Of a DNA stretch of 64,000 nt, positions 31,043 through 43,900 are shown one piece after another (position 1 is the first letter of the stretch; every line of letters starts with the position of its first letter). The translations under genes were made by a program, and so were the position numbers. Under the pieces are notes generated by a model that ran no database searches, was not told where the DNA came from, and saw only the letters and a list, made by a program, of their open reading frames with translations. Origin of the DNA: Tubiluchus corallicola. Lineage: Eukaryota > Animalia > Priapulida. The DNA lies in the NCBI GenBank assembly GCA_030141605.1, contig JAQGDQ010000823.1, positions 1-64,000 on the forward strand, given 5' to 3'.

Positions 31043-32315
31043 TACAACTCCATGCGCACGTAATGCGTAATGCGCGATCTGTGATCCGTAATGCGTGATG
31101 CGTATTGACTGTTTCCATGAGTCCGTAAACGCGATGCTTATTAACAAAGCTCACGGGGCTCTTTCAGCCATTTTTGTCGCTATTTTTGAAAACCATGTCT
31201 GTGTCGAAATTTAAGCGTTATAATTACAGTTACGGCATTAGCTTATTATTGTACTATGAGACGGAAAAGAAAGCACAGGTTTAGGTGCCTAATGTTTTAC
31301 AAGGGAGAGAACAATATGGCAGGTATCATCATTTAATGAAAGAACTGCAGTTAGATACACAACATATAACTACATGCGTTTTCTACTTCTCAAAAATTGA
31401 AATAGAAAATTTAATATTATTGTTTATATGTCCTAGATTGGCCAAAATTCACCTAACTAAAATTTTCACAAAGCTAAACAACAAAAATGGTCACCAGAAA
31501 CTTGAAAACCCGTTGTAATCACCTAGGCAACGGTTGTCTCCCGTCTGCGTATTGCTGCGTGATGCGTATTCAGACGATATTAATCAAGTTCGAACGAATA
31601 CTTATCACGCACACATGGAAAGATAAACTCTTGTATACGCATTACAGATTACGCGTCACGCATCATGTACACATAGAAACACTTCTACAAGTTTAAATAT
31701 AAACTGTTGCATACGCATTACTGATCACGCGTCATGTAGGCATGGAAACACTTCTACGTGTTTAAATATAAACTGTTATATACGCATTACTGATCACGCG
31801 TCACGCATCATGTACACATGGAAACACTTCTACATGTTTAAATATAAACTGTTGCATACGCATCACGCATCATGTACACAAGGAAACACTTCTACATGTT
31901 TAAATATAAACTGTTGTATACGCATTACTGATCACGCGTCACGCATCATGTACACATGGAAACACTTCTACATGTTTAAATATAAACTGTTGTATACGCA
32001 TTACTGATCACGCGTCACGCATCATGTACACATGGAAACACTTCTACATGTTTAAATATAAACTGTTGTATACGCATTACTGATCACGCGTCACGCATCA
32101 TGTACACATGGAAACACTTCTACATGTTTAAATATAAACTGTTGCATACGCATCACGCATCATGTACACAAGGAAACACTTCAACATGTTTAAATATAAA
32201 CTGTTGCATACGCATTACTGATCACGCATTACGTACACATGCAAACACTTCATGTTTAAACATCAACTGTTGTATACGCATTACTGATCACGCATTACGT
32301 ACACATGGAGTCGTA
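31043..32315 (+). mobile_element. PIF/Harbinger-like deletion derivative with transposase N-terminal remnant
   Basis: TIR tacaactccatgcgcacgtaatgcgt / acgcattacgtacacatggagtcgta; remnant LQGREQYGRYHHLMKELQLD...ICPRLAK resembles Harbinger transposase N-terminus. Confidence 0.6.
31620..32310. repeat. 76/62-bp tandem array at the Harbinger right end
   Basis: Core tacaca(t/a)ggaaacacttc at 31813, 31875, 31951, 32027, 32103, 32165. Confidence 0.9.
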
Positions 32316-32394
32316 CTTACTTTTACTCTATAATATAACAAAAACGCACCGGATACTGTTCAATTCTTTATAAAGACAACATTTTTGCATGAAC

Positions 32395-32400
32395 TTTATT
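32395..32400 (-). promoter_or_regulatory. Candidate plexin polyadenylation signal (AATAAA), implying a ~2.5 kb 3' UTR
   Basis: tttatt on + strand at the end of an AT-rich non-TE stretch, just before the Harbinger remnant; not verified. Confidence 0.4.
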
Positions 32401-33389
32401 AATAAATACATTATCATGTAAAGAATAAAAATGGTGCAAACGATCACTTATACAATAATTAGCTCATCTTTGTACAGAATAATGATTGTTTATTTATTTG
32501 TTTATTTATTTATTTATTACACGATTAAACGACTTAAAATAAATATGACAGCAAATGCTTAAAATAATGAAATCACCAGATAAAACAATATCAATTTAAA
32601 ATTAATTATTATATACTAATATTTCTCTACAGTGGCTCCATCTATATTGCAAAAATCAAAACTGATGCCATCAACAAATTATATACACAATTGCAAATCT
32701 AAGAAAAACTTGCCTCTTAATTTTCGCGTTTTGCTCGAGTCAAGAAATTAATGAGAATAAACAACATCGGATATACAAAACTCCAAAAAACAGAAGTCAA
32801 AGACTTGAAAAATGTACGTAATTTTTGCATCTGTATACAAATCGACTAGTAACTTAAAATACGAGAACAATGCGCTATAGTTGCAAACTTACGATTAAAA
32901 CAAAAGCAACTTTTCAAAAACAAAAAATTATACCAGTAACTATAACATTACTCAATGCGAAAACTAGCATATTTATAAAGAACCTTTACGAGCTGCGTCT
33001 GTCAGTCTGTCTACGCATAATCTGTACAAAAAAGTAACTGCATTCCAATTTATAATGTAACTTACACAAAAAATTAACACAATAACGCTAATTGTAATCA
33101 GGATTCTTGGATTCTTAAGTCAAGCTTAGGTCAACCTTGCTACACAACTGAAAACAACTGAAGATTCGGCGAATGCCGGTGTACGGTATGTCGATAGGTC
33201 TAAGTATATCCAGTTGACATAAGCTTGTACAATTGTAATCGTATAAAATTGTGTCAAATTGGGGTTACTCTACGACAAATTTTGTTTAATCTTGTGAAAA
33301 TGTTTTTTGAAAATCGCCGTTTTCTTTTATCTAAGTTTGGTTGGTAATCAGTTAAGCATGTGGCTGTTGTCTTGATAACAGCACATGCT

Positions 33390-33965
33390 TTGTAAATGAA
33401 CAGTATTTGTTTAATAAATGAACAGCATGTGCTTAGTAAATTAACAGTACTTGTTTAATAAATGAACAGTATGTGCTAAGTAAATGAACAGTACTTGTTC
33501 AATAAATGAACAGCAGGTGGTTAGCAAATGAACAGCATGTGCTTAGTAAATTAACAGTACTTGTTTAATAAATTAACAGCATGTGCTTAGTAAATGAACA
33601 GTACTTGTGTAATAAATGATCAGTATTTGCTTAATAAATGACCAATACCTGCTTAAAATGAATAGTACTTGTTTAACAAATGAACAGTATTTGCTTAATA
33701 AATGACCAATACCTGCTTAAAATGAACAGTACTTGTTTAACAAATGAACAGTATTTGCTTAATAAATGACCAATACCTGCTTAAAATGAACAGTACTTGT
33801 TTAACAAATGAACAGTACTTGTTTAACAAATGAACAGTACTTGTTTAACAAATGAACAGTACTTGTTTAATAATTGAAAATCACTTGTTCAATGAATGAC
33901 CAGTACTTGCTTAACAAATGAATGGAGTTTGCTTAATAAATGAACAGTGCTCACTCAATGAATGA
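33390..33965. repeat. 22-bp minisatellite (AAATGAACAGTACTTGTTTAAC) in the putative plexin 3' UTR
   Basis: Direct tandem units. Confidence 0.9.
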
Positions 33966-34854
33966 ACACAAGTCATTACAAGCTGTGTATTTCTCCCAAA
34001 AAGATAAAAAAAACGACTGACTTTTCCATATTTCCATATTAAAAGTGAAAAGAAATGTTTCAAAATTCTCAACTATCCTGTGCCCCCTTGTGTGTCAAAG
34101 TAGTAAATATAAGTTTAAATTCACTATTTTACAATTTTTACACAATTTACAATTGCAAGATTTGATTGAACAAACCCAAATACAGGAACACAAAAGAGAC
34201 AGAAAGGAAAGATGCCATTTTATCGGAACACATTCTAGAAATATTATCAAATGTGATGATAAAATAATCATCAGTGCAGACGTATTAAAGCTCCCACTCA
34301 TTAATAACAAGGAGATTTCACAAAAAATTCTGTGTTTTTGCTACCAAATAAGTTCCAACGAGCGCAGAGAATTGGCAAACATTCCTGATAGTAACAGCAT
34401 GATAATAATAGCATTTCGTCTGACATGACAACAGTAACCATGGTAACTGCTGCTGTTTTGCCCTAACGACAATGCACATCAAACGTTACAACTGTTCCTC
34501 TGATCAAGGCAGTGGCAATTGTGGATAACCGTGATAATGATAACAGGTAGACGATAAGATGAGCTCATAAGATGATAGATACAATTTACACAATTTACAC
34601 GAATGTTTATAACGGTAACTACTTCTTTGGCGTAAGTATAAAAACACACCGTTTTGAGCAAAAACGCGATTACGACGTATTTACACGAAGTTTTTGTAAC
34701 ATTTTGTAACTAAGCGCTTTATGATGTCATTGCACACATACACGCTAACCGTCACTATAGTACTCAAGTTCCCAATCAACAGTTGCTACGCAAATGTTTT
34801 ACATGGAAACGGTTTCTAGGCAACCACACTATGAACGCTACACGTTTCAACCAG

Positions 34855-34962
34855 TCATATGGGTATGCTGCCACCGTCTTCCAATATCATAGCAACGGTT
34901 TCCAGTTTGCGAGCCAAGTGCATCTTCTGGCATATTTGGTCGTCTTCCAGGGCATCAAGGAT
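34855..34962 (-). CDS. PlexB: Plexin last coding exon ([35 protein letters not shown])
   Basis: ttttcag acceptor; TGA at 34857-34855. Confidence 0.92.
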   Translation of the reverse strand: MLDALEDDQICQKMHLARKLETVAMILEDGGSIPI

Positions 34963-37900
34963 CTGAAAAAAGGACTCCGCGTAAGAAAAAAATAAAGCCT
35001 ACAGAAAAGCAGGCAGCACAAAGACACAAAGGAAAATTGGACGATTGTTTAGGCTCAATCTCGTTTTAATTTACTGTCCAAAACATGCATTTTCTTGCCT
35101 ATAAAAGTTAACAATTGTTTCTTATATTTGAATAATTAGCTTTGAAAGTTAATTTTAACGGCAACCGAACACAGCTATTGCTTACGTCAGAAACTAACCA
35201 CAGTTTGAGCAATGGTAGGCATCTTCCCTTGCGTGTCAAGCATGTTTGTGTAAGTGTTACAGTACTGCTTAAATGCGTGATGTCACAAAATTGGCTCTAT
35301 GTCACATGACGTCAGAAAGTAACACTACAGTTCATGATCATGGTCTTTTATTTGTCGGCCATGCGAATGTGACAAAAAGGCGCCGTTGCCAATCTTAGTA
35401 AATTCACTGAGCCGTGCCTAGCTTTCAAATATTAACAAAATTTGAATATGCGAGGTAATTATTATTTAATCTAAGCTTTGATTTAAAAAAAGCTATTGTA
35501 GTTTTCAATATTTTAGAGCATTCTTTATTCTGAACTCGTGTTTGCACAATCGTCCGGTTTTCCTTTGAATTGGCAGAATAGCGTAACATTACTTCAATCA
35601 AATTTTTGAAAATGGTTGTTTAACAATAGCCATTCATTATAATGCTACTGATTATAACTAATTATAATGGCATTGAACTTCTTCTGCAGTCCCAAAGTAG
35701 GCAGTATAAAGAGTTCTGACTCTATCCATAGTTTTTGGATTATACTTTGAAATTCCCTTTTCCTCCCCTTTAAATCTATTTTCTGTGTGACCAGTCAAAT
35801 ATGGCGAGGTGTTACCTTGACACACCACTTAAAAGAACACAGGATGATCTTTCATACGTTACACCATTTTCAAGTTCGATAAAACGTATACATTTTAACA
35901 CAATTAATGCTGCAAAAGCGTTTCTTATAATTATATAATGGATTGAAAACTTAATTAATGACAGGCGAGCCCAATTATTGATGACATAACAAACTAACAT
36001 AATTTTCAATAGCAAAAATATTCCACGAGCGTGTTGCACGTGTTTGCGAAAGCGAAAATTGAACTACAGTGCTACTGTAAGATATTCAGTGTGTTGTACT
36101 AAAACTAGGCAAGTTTTAAGACAAACATTCAAATTTCAAATTTACCGCTGTGCTCACGCATGAGCTGTCGAACGTGCGTAGTTCATCACAAACTAACACG
36201 TCTGAACCGAGAGGTACAACACCTGTTTTTGTGCAATGCGTTTCCGAAATACAGACGCTAGTGCCCGTATAACTAGCGTATGGCAAAATGCATGTAACGG
36301 TGAAGAACTAGTGGCACGAACGTGAAATTGTATTTGTGTGGTAAAAATTCTTTCACGCAAGTCATTTTTGAAAAAAAAGTTTGTTTCCTTTCAATATTTT
36401 AAAGAGTAGATTGTTTTGACATACAGTTTAAGATTGGGTCTGGTTTTGCTTTAACAAAACTTTATAAAAGTTGAAACTATCCACATATTTAAGATCTAAC
36501 TGAAGCCAAGCAATGCACCAAATGGACAGAAAATAGCATCAACGCTACTTACAGCTTCGTGGTATTTAACGATGTAACCGTAGAGCTCACTGACGGCTGC
36601 AAACGAGTTGAACTCCTCGCCATAAACTCGCGAGATTTCCCCAAGGTGCGCGTTCATCTCCTGGTCGCTAACCGGGGCAAGTTCCTGAATTTCTTGATAA
36701 AACCGGTTGACCATTGCCTTGTACCTTGGGATGTCCTTGGCGTACAAGAGCTTGTTGGATGGTGAATCCTGAAAGATGAGTAACGCTAGAAACTAAGTGC
36801 CATTATAGGATTATTGATTTTCCCGGACAGTCTACAGACAGGTGACTGCTATGGTGGACGAATTACACTGCCATATAGAAAAGTGAGTTCATTGCTTACT
36901 TCTGTTCTTATGTAAAACTGATTAAAGTGGAATGTTTGTCAGTTTAGGTCTAGAAGTGTTTTGATATCAAACCATTTACAAGCTTGTCATAGGGTTATTG
37001 ATTTTTCCTCAACAATCTCGTAGTTTTAGTTTTATATTTAAACCCTTTTCTCTGTGGGAATATGTCCCTAAGACATTTCCGTATTTCTGCTAAACATTTT
37101 ACCAGGTTTGGGCCATTGTGAAACGTCACGATCTAGAGTATATTTTATCTAGATTTTATAATTCACTTCCAAAGTCTAACGACATGTAGTACCTGGTGTA
37201 AAAAACAGTTTAGTCATTCAAAAAAGGAGGGGGCAGAGAAGAGAGAGAAAAGAGGCAAAGTGGAGAGAGCTGTGCAACCATAACGTTATTGCATTTAGTT
37301 TAGGACTGGCAAAGAAAACATTTTCTCTACCGAAGTGTTTGGCAAAATAAACAAAAACCATTCTTTCTCAAGACTGTAGTTCTAAAGTTGTTTCTGTTTT
37401 TTATGAGTTTACACTTTATGATTCGACCAAAAACTACAATCTGCCACCCAAATGCAACAGCGTTTTAAAAAAGGTTGAACACAAAACAGTCCAGGAAAAA
37501 TCTTAAACTCTGTAACAAATGAAATTGGTTCGTTAATTAACTAACTGTTGTAACGGTGAAATTGATTCATTAACTAAATAGCTGCTGTAACTGTGAAACT
37601 GGTTCATTAATTAAGTAACTGCTGTAACTGTGAAACTGGTTCATTAATTAACTAACTTTTGTAACGGTGAAATTGGTTCATTAATAACTAACTAACTGTT
37701 GTGACAGTGAAATTGGTTCATTAATTAACTAGCTGCTGTAACTGTGAAATTGGTTCATTAATAACTAACTGCTGTAACGGTGAAATTGGTTCATTAATAA
37801 CTAACTAACTGTTGTAACTGTGAAACTGGTTCATTAATTAACTAGCTGCTGTAACTGTGAAACTGGTTTATTAATTAACTAACTGCTGTAATGGTGAAAT

Positions 37901-40900
37901 TGGTTTATTAATTAACTAACTGCTGCAACTGTGAAATTGGTTCATTAATTAATTAACTGTTGTAATGGTGAAATTGATTCATTAATTAACTAGCTGTTGT
38001 AATGGTGAAACTCGTTCATAAATTAACTAACTGTTGTAACGGTGAAACTGGTTCATTAATTAACTAACTGCTGTAACGGTGAAGTTGGTTCATTAATTAA
38101 CTAACTGCTGTAACGGTGAAACTGGTTCATTAATTAACTAGCTGCTGTAACTGTGAAACTGGTTTATTAATTAACTAACTGCTGTAATGGTGAAATTGGT
38201 TTATTAATTAACTAACTGCTGCAACTGTGAAATTGGTTCATTAATTAATTAACTGTTGTAATGGTGAAATTGATTCATTAATTAACTAGCTGTTGTAATG
38301 GTGAAACTCGTTCATAAATTAACTAACTGTTGTAACGGTGAAACTGGTTCATTAATTAACTAACTGCTGTAACGGTGAAGTTGGTTCATTAATTAACTAA
38401 CTGCTGTAACGGTGAAATTGGTTCATTAATTAACTAACTGCTGTAACTGTGAAACTGGTTCATTAATTAGCTAACTGCTGTAACTGTGAAATTGGTTCAT
38501 TAATTAATTAACTGTTGTAATGGTGAAATTGATTCATTAATTAACTAGCTGTTGTAATGGTGAAACTGGTTTATTAATTAACTAACTGTTGTAACAGTGA
38601 AATTGGTTCATTAATTAACTAACTGTTGTAACAGTGAAATTGGTTCATTAATTAACTAACTGTTGTACGATTGTCAATTATTTTTTATGACACTTTAAAG
38701 AACAAGAAAAACAATCCTTAAATAAAACTTGAAAAATTCGTTTTTGACATCTTGTACCACTTGCACGTTGTCTTATTGCATGTAGAGCTTGCACTAGCAT
38801 TTGGTATCGTTTTCATAACAAGTGTGAAACAATTTGCTAAAATACTGCAGTACCGTAAGAGATGAGCAAAGCTTTAAGACATTTCAAGCTGATGACGGTG
38901 TAAAAAAGAAGAAGAACCTGACAACTTACCTTGCCTAAGCGGTGATCAGAAGTGGAACAAGAGTCCATGAATGTCTGAGCAATTACGGAGAGGGACGAGT
39001 CGACGGCATTCGTCTTGTGAATATCGAAGACGAAATCCGGATTTTTGATGAAATTCACCCAAAATCTAAGCGGTAAACTGAAAGAAAAAACCAGAAACGC
39101 TAAAACAAAAGTGTCTAAGAAGCTAATGAATCAGTGGCGGCTCGCAGCTAAAATTAGTGGGAGGTGCTGCTTCAGAACATTTTTAGCAATTGCTTTAATA
39201 TTGTGTGAAGCGAAACAAACATATGTAATTTTAATGTTTTTTTTCACCTCCAAACAGCAAACACGGGAAGCAAAACAATACATTTTTTACTTTACAGCAG
39301 CAAACCCAACTTTTCTGTTGGCACCATTTAGAATTAAAGTTACGCATGTACTTTTTGTTGTTGCTTGTTCCTACTTGAGATATACTCATAAATATACTAA
39401 TATATAATGTGTCAGCCAATCATTATTTTTGGAACAGAAATCGAAACTGGGAGCCTGCCACAGCAAAATTTCATTTGAACACGAATCGCTGAGAAAGATG
39501 TTTGGAAAAATATCGATTCACGGTGATTATTTTTGTAACTCTTCCAATTCCCCTGACTTTTTACCAAATTATCTTTTTCCCAGATTTTTTCATGGCTTCC
39601 AGGATAATCTGTATTTTCAAGGATTTTCCCTGACCGTGGGAACCCTTTCAATAGCGAGGTCCCATTTTTGACAATCAATTCCCTCTGGCAACGTATAAAG
39701 TTTGAAAAAGTTGAAATCTTCTCACCTATTGCTCTTCCAAGCATAGACCACATCAGGATCACATAGCTGGTGCCTCAGCGCTTCCTCGTCGAGAAAGTCG
39801 AAGAGATACTTGATAGTGAGCGGTAGCACCTTATTGGCTGAGAGAACTGTGGCGAAGAAGTCATCGGTGAACTTCTGTATAGTTCCCTAAAAACAAGATG
39901 TGTTAAACAAGATCCTGTGACTTTTTTACCTGTGACTTTTTCCTGTGGCTTTTTACTCGTGACTTTTTACCTGTGACATTTTTCCTGTGACTTTTTTACC
40001 TGCGACTTTTTTCTTGTGACTGTTTCCTGTGACTTCTTTCCTGTCATTTTTCCTGTGACTTTTACCTGTGACTTTTTCCCTGTAACTTTTTCTAGTGACT
40101 TTTTTACCTGTGACTTTTTTCCTGTGTCTTTTTTCCTGTGACTTTTTTCCTGTGATTTTTCCTGTGACTTTTTTCCTGTGACTTTTTTCCTGTGACTTCT
40201 TTCCTGTGATTTTTCCTGTAGCTTTTTTACCTGTGACTTTTTTCATGTGACTTTATTCCTGTGACTTTTACCCGTGACTTTTTCCCTGTAACTTTTTCTA
40301 GTGACTTTTCTACCTGTGACTTTTTTCCTGTGACCTTTTTCCTATTACTTTTCTAACTGTGACTTTTCCTACAACTTTTTTCCTGTGATCTTTCCTGTGA
40401 CTTTTTTACCTGTGCCTTTTTTATTGTGACTTTTTCCCAGTGACTTTTTTACCAGTGACTTTTAACCTGTGAATTTTTTCCAGTGACTTTTTTACCTGTG
40501 GCTTTTTTCTTGTGACTTTTTGCCTGTGACTTTTTTCCTATGACTTTTTATTGTGACTTTTTCCTGTGACTTTTCCCCAGTGAAGTTTTTACCTGTGACT
40601 TTTTTGCCAGTGACTTTTTTACCTGTGACTTTTTTGTCTATGTCTTCATTACCTGGATTAGCTGTTGTATGAAGCCACTAGCAAAAACGTTATACGAGTA
40701 ATTCATGTATCAGTTTCTGAATGCTTTTCATATTAAACTGTGCAGTATATGTGAAGAGTAAAGCAGTTATGAAAATCCAGACGCATACAATTTTCAAGCA
40801 GACATGATCTTATCACTTTCAATGGAAATGTACAAATGGATCAATTTCAGAAATGGCTTCCTTGCCAATTACTTACTTTTGTGGCTAGCAGCCTAGTAAG

Positions 40901-43900
40901 AAAAATCTCAGACATGCAAGTCTTCATACTTTGCTTATCTTTATGGCTCTGCGGCAAGTGATCATCCACTGGCCGAACCTGCAAGCAAAATAAGAATCTT
41001 AATAATAAACTTATTAGTATCATCATCACTATCATCACCATCACCACCACCATCATCATCATCATCATCATCAAACTCATCTTCATCACCATCATCATCA
41101 TCCTCAACATCACCACCGCCATCGCCATCGCCATCACCATCACCATCACCATCACCATCACCATCACCATCACCATCACCATCACCATCACCATCACCAT
41201 CACCATCATCATCATCATCATCATCATCATCATTATTAACATCAAATTGCAAATTCTTCATTCTGTTCTTGCGCATTAACTCATTATCAAAATTAAATAA
41301 GTATCATAATGATTTATTTACACATAGCTATGATACAGGGTGTCTCATAAGTGTTTACACACTTTATGTTTTCAACATTTTTAACAAATACCATTTTGAA
41401 AACTAGTACAGATGAACTAAAATCTTTGGCAATACTTTTGCTCAAAGTAGGAAAAAATTTGAAAAGAACTACCGCACTAGCAACTTTTGCTGCTTTTGCT
41501 CTCTCTTTCAAAGACCTCAAAAACTTCAGACACCAATCCAATAGCAAGCCGGGCATCTTGCATTGAGAAGGTCTCTCACAGCTCATGACTAGTGAGAAAG
41601 GGCTGCCTCTTGTTGAAAAATACATCGTTAATAGTGCTAGAATAGTGTGGTTCACACGGTGCTCTGCATTTCCGCTGAACTGCAGTTGATAATCAAAAGA
41701 ACTCGTGTCAGGCTGATTTTGTACTTTATTTCTAATGTTACTATCGTCACCATAGCACCAGAGCCAAAAAATAAGTAAAAACAATTGGCAAATGCCCCTT
41801 CTGATTGATGTAAGAGCTTGCTGAGATTGGAGAAAAAGAGATAATAAGAAACGCAAGTGCATAATAGAGTGGACTTTGGGACACCGTTGTCGTTACTGTC
41901 ATTGTTAACTGTCCTAGCCAAATCACAATTTAAGCATTTAATGGAATTTTCATATAATTACGAAACAAAATTCTCACCAAATGGTAGATTCTAGCTTTTT
42001 CCTCGTCAACTTGCAAAATCGGCTGTGTTAAACTTTTTGGAAACCCGATGCTGTGAAGATGATTCAACGTAGCTAAACAAACAGAACAATAAACTTAAAA
42101 ACTACATAAAAATGCTTTTAAAAAATAATTAGTTAATTATTAAATAATAAATAATAAGACTTCGTTAAAGTATCAGACTTCGTTAACCTGACTCAGGACA
42201 AAAGACAGTATAAAACACGTTAGTTAAATGCAAAATAGAAAATTGCAAATGAAATTTAGCTCCAGTTTGATTGGTAAGAAAACTGAAAATTCAAAGTTTC
42301 GTAATTTCAAAGATAGCTTGTTCTAGACGGCATCGCATTACTTTTCTAGTAATCTATACAAATTTGCAAACTATAGATTGAACACGAAATTGATTTAGTA
42401 CACAAAAGCTAATGTAGATGTCGCCACTAGCTGATAATGATAGTAAAACAGAAGGCTGAAGAAATAGCAAAGCAAACGTGATTCAAATACTGAAATTCTC
42501 TCCTTCAAAAACATATTTGAAATGAACTCTACTTACAATTATGATAATTATGTGAACCATTAATCGTGAGTTTCCCATTTATTTCGCTCGCACGGGGTAC
42601 CAGAGCCATGATGGCGTTATCCGGAACGTTATAGTGCTTCAGCGTGTTGATGCGTCGCCAGCCGCTCGACGCCTCAGACGTGACGTCTTCGTCCATCAGT
42701 ATTAGGTGTCCTCCGCGACCGTGTCGCCACTCTGCAGGAAACATTGGTACTATTAGGCAAACGTGTATTACCATAGTTTTAATGTGTTTCAATTTTATAA
42801 TTCACTCATTTTTAAGTACGTGTAAATGTATGCTAACAAGTAGTAATAAGTCTTTCTATAGTTTCATTGTTTGTATGCTGCAGTTGCTGTAGGTTAAAGG
42901 TTAAGTGTACCACAGCAACGAATTTTACCTACAGCCATCAAATGACATGTGGGTAAAGCAAAGACGTCTGCCACGTCAGTTGTTTTACGTGGACTTTACT
43001 TAATTATACATTAGTCTGTGTGTAGAGTGATTTACTAGCAGGATCTTGCTTACGAACCAGAAAAAATGAACTAGGTAAGGTTCTAGTTAGCTGTTAAAAC
43101 TGTTACTATTACAAGAGCATGGGCTGCGAGGCGTTGTCTGGTACACTTAACCTTTGATCTTTTCACAATCATCATCAATCCCTATAACTGTGAAAAAGCT
43201 TATTTTTTGCAGCATTATGGTTGTGATGGATTGCTTGACTAAACTATTATTATGGTTGAGCATCGAACCATCGAAACAAGTTTTTTTAGTTCGAATTTGA
43301 TTCAAACCTAAAATTATGGATTCCAACAATTCAGTATTTGAACTACAAACGTTCTTTATCATTAAAACGTCTAAAACATCAGTGCAATCAGCACAGTTTA
43401 GCTGTGATTTCTGTAGACATTTTTTAAACAAATTATTAGTGTTTTTACTGCAAAATGAAACCAAGCAATATGCAAGATCTTTGTTAAACTGCCTTTTATT
43501 ACTGCTTTGAAAATCTATTAGAAAATCTTTAAAGCCGAATTTAAATTCGAAATCTCGAAACTCGGTTTGATTCACGCTGGAAAGACACAAATTTGTCTGG
43601 AATCGAATTCGCATTTGGGTAGACAATGCTCACCTCTAACAATTATGACATCACTTGTGCCCTAACTTCAAACAATTACTTTAACAGCACACCAACACTG
43701 CAGTCGAAAGAAGTCAGCTTACGCATTACACAAGGTCGAGTTGTGAAATCACTCAGTCAAGCTTATTTTGCTTCTAACACACTGTTCAACGAACATTTCG
43801 AGAGATTTTGGCTATTTTGGAGAGCAAACAGGGCCAGCTGCTAAAGGCAGTTACACCAACAAGAGATCTAATAACAACAAAACATTTGCGTAACATAGCC

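Noticed and set aside
40847-41276. Asp/Gly-rich acidic biomineral-like ORF
   Set aside because: Intronic microsatellite; only 40877-40978 is a real exon.
41314-41862. 182-aa ORF
   Set aside because: No recognisable motif; lies inside a mariner-like MITE; the plexin splices in phase without it.
43147-43626. 159-aa ORF
   Set aside because: Spans MITE families F and G.
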